A stretch of 64,000 nt of DNA from Candidatus Borrarchaeum weybense (GTDB lineage: Archaea > Asgardarchaeota > Sifarchaeia > Borrarchaeales > Borrarchaeaceae), in contig JAHQJS010000007.1 of assembly GCA_019057385.1 (NCBI GenBank), forward strand, positions 480,001-544,000, in the 5' to 3' direction. Each line of letters starts with the position of its first letter. Position 1 is the first letter of the stretch. Positions 32,484 to 42,262 of this stretch are shown here, in pieces. The notes beneath the pieces were generated by a model. The model saw nothing but the letters and a program-made list of their open reading frames with translations. It was not told the origin of the DNA and made no database searches. The translations under genes were made by a program, and so were the position numbers.

Positions 32484-33644
32484 TTGACAATTATTGTAAC
32501 TGGTGCAGATGGGTACGTAGGTTGGCCTGCAATGTTAAGGCTTGCCGTTAAGTACCCTGACGAAAAAATTATTGGCATTGACAATGAAGCAAAAAAGCTA
32601 TGGTCGCAAGAAATAGGAATATGGAGCGCAATACCAACATATTCAATGGAAAAGCGAATAGACACGTTTGAGAGAGTTTTTGGTCAAAATAATATTATAT
32701 ATAGAAAATTTGATCTCAGAAATCGAAGAAAATTATTAGATTTATTTATACAAACGGAACCTCACTCTATAGTTCATTTAGCTGCACAGCCAAGTGGGCC
32801 TTATAGCATGTTAGACGCCGAACATTCAATTTCTACACAAATGAATAATATTGGTTCAACGCTATCATTGCTTCATAGTATCAAAGATGTTATACCAGAT
32901 GCACATCTGATTGAGTTAACGGGGATGGCCTTATATGGACTTGAGATCCCTGAGTTCTATATGGAACTCACTACAGCAGGGTTTTACGGGTTTCCAGAAA
33001 TTGATGCAATTGATTGGTATCATTTATCAAAAGTATTTGATTCGAATAATTTACGCTTCGGTCAACTTGTTTACAATCTAAGCATAACAGATTTTAGAAT
33101 AGGAATTGTCCATGGTACACATACTGAGGAAATAAGCAAAAACGAGAAACTTGCAACTTCTTTCTATTTCGATTTTTGGTTTGGAACGCTTTTAAACCGA
33201 TTTTGCGCTCAAGCTAGTGTAGATTATCCCTTAACTGTTTATGGAAAAGGAGGACAAACAAGAGCATACATCTCCCTAGATGATGCGGTTGAAATGTTAA
33301 GTTATGCAATTGAAAGAAAAGCAGAATGTCAATATAACGTCATTAATGCATATGTAGACTGTGCGAGTGTTAGAGAGATTGCAGAAATGATACAACAGGC
33401 TGGTAAGAATCTTGGTATGGATATCGCTATAATGACGGTTCCTAATCCAAGAATGGAAATTGAAGAATGTTATACTCCAGAAGATACAGGACTGACTTCG
33501 ATAGGATTTCAACCTAAAGATACAATAGATTCAAATCTTGAAACCATTCTTATAGATTTGGCAAGAGTAAAGGAAAGAATCAAAGCTAAGAAAGACAAAT
33601 TTCTCCCTAGGATTCTACGAGATAAGGCGAAAATTACAAAATAG
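32484..33644 (+). CDS. sqdB: UDP-sulfoquinovose synthase homologue (SqdB/Agl3)
   Basis: GADGYVGWP; HLAAQPSGPYSM; YHLSK; FGTLLNRF; PLTVYGKGGQTR. Confidence 0.8.
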   Translation: MTIIVTGADGYVGWPAMLRLAVKYPDEKIIGIDNEAKKLWSQEIGIWSAIPTYSMEKRIDTFERVFGQNNIIYRKFDLRNRRKLLDLFIQTEPHSIVHLAAQPSGPYSMLDAEHSISTQMNNIGSTLSLLHSIKDVIPDAHLIELTGMALYGLEIPEFYMELTTAGFYGFPEIDAIDWYHLSKVFDSNNLRFGQLVYNLSITDFRIGIVHGTHTEEISKNEKLATSFYFDFWFGTLLNRFCAQASVDYPLTVYGKGGQTRAYISLDDAVEMLSYAIERKAECQYNVINAYVDCASVREIAEMIQQAGKNLGMDIAIMTVPNPRMEIEECYTPEDTGLTSIGFQPKDTIDSNLETILIDLARVKERIKAKKDKFLPRILRDKAKITK

Positions 33645-33652
33645 GTGCTTAG

Positions 33653-33952
33653 ATGCCAGTCATTGAATTTGTTTTTTACTCAACATTTAAGAGAATAGCG
33701 GGTGAAAAAAAAATCTCAAGAGAAGTTGGACCGACTGTAAAAGATGCGATTGAAGCTTTAGTGGAAGAATTTGGAAGTGAAATGGAAGATCTTTTGATTG
33801 ATTCAACTGGAATACTAAAACGCAATCTAATTTTTTCTTTAAATGGCACAGATATAAGAAAACTCAAGAGATTAAAAACATCCTTAAAACCAGGAGATAC
33901 CATTTCCTTAGTTCAAGCCGTAGCGGGAGGAAGCGATTATCCAAGCATTTAA
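33653..33952 (+). CDS. Ubiquitin-like beta-grasp protein (MoaD/ThiS/SAMP family) with 6-aa extension after GG
   Basis: TV.D.IE.L; LNG.DI; LKPGDTISL..AVAGG followed by SDYPSI. Confidence 0.85.
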   Translation: MPVIEFVFYSTFKRIAGEKKISREVGPTVKDAIEALVEEFGSEMEDLLIDSTGILKRNLIFSLNGTDIRKLKRLKTSLKPGDTISLVQAVAGGSDYPSI

Positions 33953-34027
33953 GAATCGGAATATTCCCTAAAAGTGATTTCTTAATTCAGAACAATTGAA
34001 TTCACAAATTTTCTAGGTGAAGAAACA

Positions 34028-35242
34028 TTGAAAAAAAAATCTTCAACTCAAGGAAGAAACCCTATTCGAAAAAACAAAAAAATACCCTTAGCAAACCCAT
34101 TTGTGGGTCAAGAAGAGATTGATGCGGCTTCAAGTGTCTTACGTTCTGGGATCTTGACAAGTGCAACAGGAAGAGGGCCGAAAGTCATAGAGTTAGAGCA
34201 AAAATATGCTCAATATAATGGTGTAAGACATGCGATCGCCTGTTGTAACGGCACGGCAGCATTACATGTTGCATTAACTTCACTTGGGATTAAACCAGGT
34301 GATGAAATCATTACTACTCCATTTAGTTTTATTGCATCAGCAAATGCTGCCCTACTAGTAGGTGCAATTCCTATCTTTGCAGATATAGATCCTCTCACAT
34401 ATACAATAGATCCGGATAAAATAAAAAACGTAATCACTTCAAAAACCAAGGCAATTATTCCTGTGCATTTATTCGGATGTCCTGCAGAGATGGACTCAAT
34501 AGAAAAAATTGCTGACCAACATGGATTGTATATCATTGAAGATATTGCCCAAGCACATGGAGCACGTTATAAAGGTAAAATGGTTGGTTCATTTGGTGAT
34601 ATTGGCTGCTATTCTTTTTATGCAACCAAAAATATTCATTCAGGTGGAGAGGGAGGGTTAATTATCACTAATAATAAAGAAATTGCAGTGAGATGTAAAA
34701 TGATGGTTGCACATGGACAAGGTGCAAGATATGAACATAGTTTATTAGGGTTCAATTATCGAATGCCTGAAATTTCAGCAGCTATAGCATTGGCACAATT
34801 TGATCGATTGGAGTATTTTAACAAGAAAAGAAAAGAACATGCAAAAATATTGGATGAAACATTGAAGCTGGTGAAAGGAATAAGTATGCCGCATAAACCT
34901 GATTATGTGGATCATGTTTATCATTTGTATGTTGCAAAAATTCTTGAAGACTCGGATTGGACAAAGGATGATCTTATTAAAGCTTTAGATACTGAAGGAA
35001 TCGGAGCTGCAGAGGTATATCCAATTCCCATTTATAAACAACCTGTGTACAAGAAAATCAATGATCCAAAAGTAAACTGGGCCGCTAACATTTGTGAATA
35101 TCCAGATTATTCCAAAACTAGATGCCCCATTACGGAAAAACTATGTCAGCAATTAATTCAGTTACCAGTACACCCAGGTTTAACAGAGTTAGATATGCAA
35201 AATATAGTAAACACATTAAGAAAATTGTTGCCAACAAACTGA
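34028..35242 (+). CDS. DegT/DnrJ/EryC1/StrS PLP aminotransferase
   Basis: EDIAQAHG; SFYATKN..GEGG; GFNYRM. Confidence 0.93.
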   Translation: MKKKSSTQGRNPIRKNKKIPLANPFVGQEEIDAASSVLRSGILTSATGRGPKVIELEQKYAQYNGVRHAIACCNGTAALHVALTSLGIKPGDEIITTPFSFIASANAALLVGAIPIFADIDPLTYTIDPDKIKNVITSKTKAIIPVHLFGCPAEMDSIEKIADQHGLYIIEDIAQAHGARYKGKMVGSFGDIGCYSFYATKNIHSGGEGGLIITNNKEIAVRCKMMVAHGQGARYEHSLLGFNYRMPEISAAIALAQFDRLEYFNKKRKEHAKILDETLKLVKGISMPHKPDYVDHVYHLYVAKILEDSDWTKDDLIKALDTEGIGAAEVYPIPIYKQPVYKKINDPKVNWAANICEYPDYSKTRCPITEKLCQQLIQLPVHPGLTELDMQNIVNTLRKLLPTN

Positions 35243-35272
35243 CGAATTTCTCTATTATTTTTTGTCATTTCA

Positions 35273-36304
35273 TCAGGATATGATATGTTGGTTTTGTTCT
35301 TTCTTATAGTGACGACTTTCACTCGTCAAATTAGGAACAAGCATCTTAGAATTGTTAAATAATACTTTAAAATTTTCAGCAAGTTCTCTGATTCCATCAA
35401 CAACTGAAAATCTAGTATGAAAACCAAGTTTCTGTTTGATTTTCGAAAAGTCAACGTTATATGAAAAATGAAGCCCGTCTTTTTTGATATGAACTATTTC
35501 TACGTCGTTTTCTACATTCTCCTTCACAAGTTGTGCAACTTGGTTTACTTTGTAATTCTCCTCAGTTGATCCAACATTAAACACTTCCCCGATTGCGACA
35601 TCTTCCGGTGCTCTGATTGCTGTAGTTATTGCCCTTACAGTATCTTGGACATGAATATAAGGTCTCCAGTCTTCTCCAGTATCAAAGATTGTTATTTTCT
35701 CGCCTATTACTGCTTTAAATGTAAAAAGGTTAATTGCAAGATTGAATCGTATTCCAGGAGACCAACCATAGTTTGTAGCAAATCGTAAGCAAGTTACAGG
35801 TAGTTTATAATCTTTGTGATACTTAAGACATTCCAATTCTCCTTTGTATTTTGCATCTGCATATGGATTTGGGGGTGTTATTGAAGATTTTTCATTTAAT
35901 AATTTGTTTTCTCGCTTTCCTCCATACACATTACAAGTAGATGCATATATTAATCGATTGATACCTTGTTCTAAGCAAGTTTCAACAACGTTTTTGGTTC
36001 CCTCGTAATTTACTTTCATAAAAAGATCTGGCATATTAAATGAATCACAGGCTCCAGTTATCGCAGCTAAATGAATAACGATATCTTTATTCTCCATTGC
36101 TTTTAGAAGATCTTGTTTTTTTAGAACATCGCCTCTAAAAAATCGATATTTAGCCTTTGAGGGCAAATTTGCGAGCATGTATTCTCTTCCAGAAGAAAGA
36201 TTATCGAAAACAGTAATATTGATTTTATCAGTAAATGCAAATGGAAGTTTTCTGATTAAAAGAGAACCAATATATCCACAACCACCGGTAATCAAGAGAT
36301 TCAA
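35273..36304 (-). CDS. NAD-dependent epimerase/dehydratase
   Basis: TGGCGYIGS; YADAK; RFATNYG. Confidence 0.9.
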   Translation of the reverse strand: MNLLITGGCGYIGSLLIRKLPFAFTDKINITVFDNLSSGREYMLANLPSKAKYRFFRGDVLKKQDLLKAMENKDIVIHLAAITGACDSFNMPDLFMKVNYEGTKNVVETCLEQGINRLIYASTCNVYGGKRENKLLNEKSSITPPNPYADAKYKGELECLKYHKDYKLPVTCLRFATNYGWSPGIRFNLAINLFTFKAVIGEKITIFDTGEDWRPYIHVQDTVRAITTAIRAPEDVAIGEVFNVGSTEENYKVNQVAQLVKENVENDVEIVHIKKDGLHFSYNVDFSKIKQKLGFHTRFSVVDGIRELAENFKVLFNNSKMLVPNLTSESRHYKKEQNQHIIS

Positions 36305-36475
36305 TAATTCTGCCTTCCTTTTATTCTAATTTATTCTATTTAGGTATTCGCGTAATATGAGTTCTAATTCCTTGTTTGTCTTTATATACTTTCGACAATT
36401 TTTCGTATAAATAGAATTTTGGAAAAAAGTTTTTCTGTCAAATATTCTTGATCAAAATTGTTGGGAGACTAACTC

Positions 36476-37471
36476 TTAAATGGGTAAATTGTATTTGCCA
36501 ACACGCTTTTCCCATGGCCATTTTCGACCATTATTTTCAAACCAAGTTATTGTATGCCTTAATCCTTCTTCAAGGCTAACCTGAGGTGACCATTTTAAAA
36601 TTTTCTTTGCCTTTTCATTACTGCAGCACAGGCGATCTACATCAAGTGGACGTAATCTCATAGGATCTGTATTGATTTCAATGTCCGTCTTACCTTTTAA
36701 ACGTGCAATAAGATAGGTCAAATCTTTGATCTTAATATCATTATTACTACCTAGGTTTATTGTTTCTCCCCTCGCAGTTAAAGTTTGCCCAGCAAGTAGC
36801 AAACCTCTAACTGTATCTGAAACATAAGTAAAATCGCGGCTACTTTCGATATTACCTAAATTGAGTATATCTGATCTTGACAACTGACTAATCAGTATAG
36901 GGATAATATATGGATGTGTCTCGCGCGGCCCATAAGCATTAAAAGGACGGATTATCACGATTGGAAGGTCCTGTTCATGATATAGTGTAAAACATAATCT
37001 ATCTGCGGCCAATTTTGAGGCTGCATAAGTTGAATGAGGATTTAGAGGATGTTTCTCGTCCATTGGAATGTATTGGGCAGTTCCATAAACTTCTGAGGTT
37101 GAAACGTGGCAAATCATCTTGATATCTGCTATTTCGGAAGTAGCAGCTAAGAGCACATTTAAAGTACCTGTCACATTGACTTCAAAGGTCATTCTAGGGT
37201 AAGCATAAGAAGCAGGAATAAAGGGAAAAGCGGCTAAATTAAAAATCACCTCTTGATCCTTAACTAATTCCTTAACTAATTCTTGGTCACGTATATCGCC
37301 TCGGACAACATTTACTCTTTGTAATTCGGCAAGATTAGCGTCCGCACCTGAGGAAAAATTATCCAAAACCGTAACCACAGCTCCAAGTTCATGTAACTGC
37401 CTCACTAATTCTGAGCCAATAAAACCAGCTCCCCCAGTTACTAGAATAGGTGTGTCTTCGTAGCGATGCAA
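36476..37471 (-). CDS. NDP-sugar 4,6-dehydratase (SDR)
   Basis: TGGAGFIG; STSEVYG; YAASK; RPFNAYGPR. Confidence 0.9.
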   Translation of the reverse strand: MHRYEDTPILVTGGAGFIGSELVRQLHELGAVVTVLDNFSSGADANLAELQRVNVVRGDIRDQELVKELVKDQEVIFNLAAFPFIPASYAYPRMTFEVNVTGTLNVLLAATSEIADIKMICHVSTSEVYGTAQYIPMDEKHPLNPHSTYAASKLAADRLCFTLYHEQDLPIVIIRPFNAYGPRETHPYIIPILISQLSRSDILNLGNIESSRDFTYVSDTVRGLLLAGQTLTARGETINLGSNNDIKIKDLTYLIARLKGKTDIEINTDPMRLRPLDVDRLCCSNEKAKKILKWSPQVSLEEGLRHTITWFENNGRKWPWEKRVGKYNLPI

Positions 37472-37749
37472 ACTTAAATCACCTTCATCTTAGGCATGTA
37501 AAGTAAATTTTTTGAAAAAATGATGATAGAAATTAACTAGAATAGCAAACTAGTTGATTTATTTTATAAACTTGGACCGTATTTTGAAATATAAAACACC
37601 TGAAAAATCGAATTTCCCAGGCTTTTTATCCGTTTTAAAAAACATTGAGGGAAAATAAGTGTACTCGATATCTCTAGATTGTCAAACTTATGTTAGATTC
37701 GAAATTTAGATACATGCAAAATAAAAATTGTTATGTTTGAGGAACTTTA

Positions 37750-38883
37750 ATGAAATTTCAGCGAATTGAAGACATGCTTCTGTTCCAGACTATCATGGAT
37801 GATAGTAAATTATTCGTTAAAGAACTGGAAACGATGAGGAAGAAAAAAAATTCAATTGACTGGCTTTACATCATAGAGTGTGCTAAAAGGAATTCTATTA
37901 TTCCTCAAGTTTACATTTTTTTTGATATTGCTAAAGATATTCAAGTACCAAAGGAGATTCTTGAACAATTAAGGCGTTTATATTATAAATACTTATCTTA
38001 TTATCTTACAGCAAATTATACGATAAAAGAAATCATAAAGTTGTTTAATAAAAACAATATTCGATTTCTATTAATAAAAGGACATTCCATTGACCAATTC
38101 TATCCTCATTCTCATTACAGACAGTTTTTAGAGATTGATGTTTTAGTCTCCTCAGTGAAAAAATTCAAAATGGCTTGCAAAAAATTAAGAGATTTTGGAT
38201 ACAGGGTTTTCCCAAAAAGACAACTTAAAGAAAAACATCTGTTCGCCTTAAATTTTGCTAAAAAGGATAGAATAAGTATTGATCTCCACAAAGAATTAAT
38301 TTGGGGAAATCATAAAAACTGCAAAGAAGAACTTTTTCGAAACAAAAATATAATGAAAATTGATGGATCAAATCTCTTTACAGTTTCTCCAGAAGCCAAC
38401 ATTTTGTTTATTTGCTCAAGATTATTTGAATCAGGGTATTTTCTGATTAGAGATATCTTCGACGTTATAAGAATAATTTCTTATTCCAAAGACCAACTAA
38501 AATGGGATCACATTTTATATAGTGCGCAGAAGAATAATCTGTTATTTCCACTTCTATGTCTCCTTTATCTTGTTCACTTCTTTTATCATCCAGATTTAAT
38601 TCCCAGAAGCGTTTTTAAACAATTGTCAAGAAATTTCTTTTTAAAACTGATTTGGGCGTTATTGAAAAAAACTAAAATAGAATTTCCATTATTCTGGAAC
38701 TCTTCAGTAAGTAAGATAGGTCTATTATACGGAAATCTCCTTAAATCTAAAAGAAATTTGAAACAATTTATTTTAGATGTCCAAAGATCTGGACTGAGTC
38801 ATGAATTACGATTTCTTTTGGCTCAACGCATTAAACAGCCAATTGCTTTCCATTATATTAAAGAAATGCTTATACGAAAATGA
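37750..38883 (+). CDS. Nucleotidyltransferase family protein (NTP_transf_5-like)
   Basis: LLIKG..YP...R...EIDVLV; IDLH; RDIFD. Confidence 0.8.
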   Translation: MKFQRIEDMLLFQTIMDDSKLFVKELETMRKKKNSIDWLYIIECAKRNSIIPQVYIFFDIAKDIQVPKEILEQLRRLYYKYLSYYLTANYTIKEIIKLFNKNNIRFLLIKGHSIDQFYPHSHYRQFLEIDVLVSSVKKFKMACKKLRDFGYRVFPKRQLKEKHLFALNFAKKDRISIDLHKELIWGNHKNCKEELFRNKNIMKIDGSNLFTVSPEANILFICSRLFESGYFLIRDIFDVIRIISYSKDQLKWDHILYSAQKNNLLFPLLCLLYLVHFFYHPDLIPRSVFKQLSRNFFLKLIWALLKKTKIEFPLFWNSSVSKIGLLYGNLLKSKRNLKQFILDVQRSGLSHELRFLLAQRIKQPIAFHYIKEMLIRK

Positions 38884-39092
38884 AGACTTATCTCATTTAC
38901 TAAAGTGAATTCAGATTATGATGAATAATAATTAAAGGTGACGTTTTTCGAAAGTTATTCCTTATAAGTCAATGAATTTCGGGTTAGATTATATATATTA
39001 AAAGCATAGACTTTTGATAATTTGGTAACTGGAAAAGGGTTTTCGTCGAAATAAAGGTATCAGCGAAATATCGACAAGAGGAATATACAGAA

Positions 39093-39803
39093 ATGACACG
39101 TGGAATTATTTTTGCACATTCAGATATGACTGAAATATCAGAACCTCTTTATTTTCACCCCGCAACTTTAGATGAGACATTAGTTCACCAAATTGCAATC
39201 AAAGCAGCCACCCTCGTTATGACCACCATAGATCTCTCCATAGATTTTGAAGGCGCTTCATTATTTCAATTTCCCGACAAAGGGATTACTATTTTAGTCT
39301 ACTATTTTCTTTTTTCACTTGAAGAGAATGAAACAGAAAAACAAACCCCTGCAACTATATCTTTGTTAATAGAATCAAAATACGATTGGTTTTTCTTTAA
39401 AGAGATTAAACCTTTAGTACGCCGCATTGCTCTAATAGTAAGAAGAATCAGAGATTCTGGAGAAATTCTAATAGAAGAATTCAAAGAATTGTACAAATTT
39501 CTTAACACGGTGTATCGTCGAGATGAAGACCTTAAAAATTCACGAATTTTTTCGTCCCAAGCGATTAAGAAACCAATTTACATTTCAGATCCTCAAGGAT
39601 TTTTAGATTACTACCCTTATGTCAATCTGGATTTGGGAGATGCGATTATCTCACATCTAATAGATGGCGATGCTACTATAGCAGAACTATCAACGATCTT
39701 GAGTGCCTCATCCTTTGAGCTACTTCCCATATTTCAACGGCTTTTTCGTTATAAACTGATTTCTCTTAAGAATAATGCGTCAGTTTTAGAATTAAAGAAA
39801 TAG
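39093..39803 (+). CDS. Longin-like N-terminal domain plus C-terminal winged helix
   Basis: Beta-alpha-beta-beta-beta-alpha pattern (GIIFAH, LFQFPD, ILVYYF, ATISLL); C-terminal IDGDATIAELS...L...KLI wHTH. Confidence 0.5.
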   Translation: MTRGIIFAHSDMTEISEPLYFHPATLDETLVHQIAIKAATLVMTTIDLSIDFEGASLFQFPDKGITILVYYFLFSLEENETEKQTPATISLLIESKYDWFFFKEIKPLVRRIALIVRRIRDSGEILIEEFKELYKFLNTVYRRDEDLKNSRIFSSQAIKKPIYISDPQGFLDYYPYVNLDLGDAIISHLIDGDATIAELSTILSASSFELLPIFQRLFRYKLISLKNNASVLELKK

Positions 39804-40204
39804 TAAATTAATGTATAAAATCTCATTTTAAAGAGTTTTTCCCTAAATAATAAATTAAGAACTCTCTAGGATACCAAAGGATTATTTACATTAAGAAGAA
39901 CATCTTTCAGAAGTAAATAGAAACCCCCAATAATTTATTGTATTGTATTTGAGTGATTCACAATGAAAAAAAATAGAAACGTCTAGAAATTAAAGTTCTG
40001 GCTTTAAGTCAAAATGCGCTTCTTGGAGAAAAAAAACATTGGGTGACTTTATGGTTCCTGGAAAAAAACGAAAGGATACATCTCAGACTTTGCAGCAGAT
40101 TTACAGGAATTATATGTACAAAAGACTTTCATTAAGAGAAAAGAATTCTAAAAATGGCTAAGAATATCTCAAAAATACGAAATCCAATTGAGGAAACCGT
40201 TAAT

Positions 40205-40256
40205 TTTAAATATAAGGAGTAAAGATATTAGAAAAAGATTAACGTATCAATTGGTG
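40205..40256 (+). promoter_or_regulatory. Putative archaeal TATA box (TTTAAATA, 40205-40212) and GGTG RBS (40253-40256) for the small peptide gene
   Basis: Motif positions relative to ATG 40263; AT-rich background lowers specificity. Confidence 0.4.
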
Positions 40257-40262
40257 TTATAC

Positions 40263-40337
40263 ATGAAATGGGAAAAACCAGAAATTAAGGAACTTGATGT
40301 CGAAATTGGAGTCGTCAAGGGATCTTGGGGATTCTAA
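40263..40337 (+). CDS. Putative RiPP-like precursor peptide MKWEKPEIKELDVEIGVVKGSWGF
   Basis: Manual translation. WxxPxIxxL matches the RRE-binding leader motif of lasso-type precursors. RBS upstream, T-run downstream, next to kinase, peptidase and RRE genes. Confidence 0.75.
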   Translation: MKWEKPEIKELDVEIGVVKGSWGF

Positions 40338-40468
40338 AATATTTTTTTATTTAATTCCTGCTATTTTTTAGTATATTTTGGGCTTAGTCAACTCATATTA
40401 AGCTAGTTTTCAATATAATCTTTTTTAAGATTGAATAAAAAAATCTAAAATACTGGCTAGTTTTAGTA

Positions 40469-41485
40469 CTAATCGTTATTATCGAAAATATCATCTACAG
40501 TTTTTAAAACTTGAGAGTGATTCTTTCCTAAAAATAAATCATAACATTTTATGTTGCGAACTAAACTGTATGCTATTTCAAATATACTTTTGCGAATTGA
40601 TGTGTCCTTTTGTACAGATGGAAATGGATCAAAAACGCAAGGTAGTAATCTTTGAAGTGCTTCCTCTGATGACAATTGTTTATAATTAGACTTTCCAGAA
40701 GTTAAAATCGGAAATGCAATAAATTTAAGCTTAGCTTTTCTTGTTAAACAATTTGCATATATCTCAGTAATGTCAATGTAAGGACGCTTAACTCGTGTTC
40801 CTTTTCTCCTCGTATAAATTTGAAATTCTGAAAATTGTTCAATTATATCTGGCCGGACTTTCAATCTAAGAGGAAAAGCAAAGATCTCAAAAGTAGAATT
40901 TTTACTTAAAATTAGTGGATAATCATCAGACAGAAAATTATAGCCCAATCTTGTCAATATAATTGAGAGTGTGGTTTTTCCGCTACCTGCTTTACCTGGA
41001 AATAGAATTCCCGCGTTATTCTTTGAAGCTGCTGCAGCATGAACACTAAATATCTTTTTTTTAATTAGTTTCTTTGTTAAGATATTCATAATCATGTCTG
41101 TGAGCATATGGTACACTGAAAGATTTTCAACTGTTGAGTATCCGTGATAAATTTCCTGATCTGGATTAGCTAGAAAGATAACATTGCCAGACATACCGTT
41201 TATAATTATCCAACTATCATCTAACACACTAATACTAAATTCCGCTAAATCGTCGGTAAGAATTTCCTTTATCAGTTTGGCTTCTTTTAAACCATAAAAA
41301 TTAATAGGAAACGACTTTAAATCATTCATAATTTGGAAAAATACGTTTGCATCTAAATTTGAATCCTTTATTGAGTTTAACTCGAAATGTTTATAGTCTT
41401 CCAATATTTCATCGTGATAGAAATCTGAATTAGATATGAAATTCAGTCTTACACCATGTACTGATATCTTTGTAATCCTGAACAT
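40469..41485 (-). CDS. HPr kinase/PEPCK-like P-loop kinase
   Basis: VHAAA; GKAGSGKTT Walker A; FLSDD. Confidence 0.88.
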   Translation of the reverse strand: MFRITKISVHGVRLNFISNSDFYHDEILEDYKHFELNSIKDSNLDANVFFQIMNDLKSFPINFYGLKEAKLIKEILTDDLAEFSISVLDDSWIIINGMSGNVIFLANPDQEIYHGYSTVENLSVYHMLTDMIMNILTKKLIKKKIFSVHAAAASKNNAGILFPGKAGSGKTTLSIILTRLGYNFLSDDYPLILSKNSTFEIFAFPLRLKVRPDIIEQFSEFQIYTRRKGTRVKRPYIDITEIYANCLTRKAKLKFIAFPILTSGKSNYKQLSSEEALQRLLPCVFDPFPSVQKDTSIRKSIFEIAYSLVRNIKCYDLFLGKNHSQVLKTVDDIFDNND

Positions 41486-41512
41486 GAAATCGAACTCATG
41501 TTTTTGTTATCT

Positions 41513-42061
41513 TCAATTAAAAATATGAAAAAAATTTCCTCTGAGTTTTCGTGATATATTACTTCTAAATATCTTATACTTCTTTAGCTGTTTTGGCCTC
41601 AATTTTGAAACAAATATTTCAAGTAGAAAGCCAATCTTAGTCTTGAAATTAACATTGCTGTACTTATTTTTACTATTTAATTCGATTACTTTAGCAAAAA
41701 CAGATCTAGCTTGAATTGGACGATCAGCAAAATAAGAATTATCTCCTTTGGTTAAGAAATAAGTTGTCTTTAATTTGACTTTCCATAAAACTCTGTGTCC
41801 AATCAATGTTCCTGCTTTTTTAAACAGAATGATATCTCCAATTTTAATTTGTTCAACAGTCACTTTTTGAAAAAAAACTTCTTCTCCATCTTTAATTGAA
41901 GGTTCCATACTTTGTCCACGAAAGGGTAGTTTTACCTTCTTTTGATTTTTCAATGCCCTCAATATTAACTCTAAGCTAATCTTTTCTTCACTTTGTTCTT
42001 CTGTATTTTGTTCACTACTTTTTTTCACAAAAACACCCAACTCAGGACATATAAATCTCAA
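41513..42061 (-). CDS. S24/S26 family peptidase, soluble
   Basis: GQSMEP (catalytic Ser); GDIILF; GHRV (His); TKGDN; no TM segment. Confidence 0.88.
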   Translation of the reverse strand: MRFICPELGVFVKKSSEQNTEEQSEEKISLELILRALKNQKKVKLPFRGQSMEPSIKDGEEVFFQKVTVEQIKIGDIILFKKAGTLIGHRVLWKVKLKTTYFLTKGDNSYFADRPIQARSVFAKVIELNSKNKYSNVNFKTKIGFLLEIFVSKLRPKQLKKYKIFRSNISRKLRGNFFHIFN

Positions 42062-42262
42062 AACAGTGATAATTGCATTTTTTTTATATTAATCGCTTGA
42101 ATTAAATAACTTATATGTTTAAGACTTCAATCACTCTAAACAGATCATTATTACCTATTTGTATGACCTATATTGCTTTTTTTAGTAATTCTTAAATACC
42201 CTTTCGGACACGATAACCAGTTCTTATAAAAATTTAGAATCTTTCTTAGGAGCGGTTTTTCA

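Noticed and set aside
40051-40161. 36-aa ORF MVPGKKRKDTSQ... with a GGTGA RBS as a second precursor
   Set aside because: No leader motif and no resemblance to the 40263 peptide; coding status unsupported, though not excluded.
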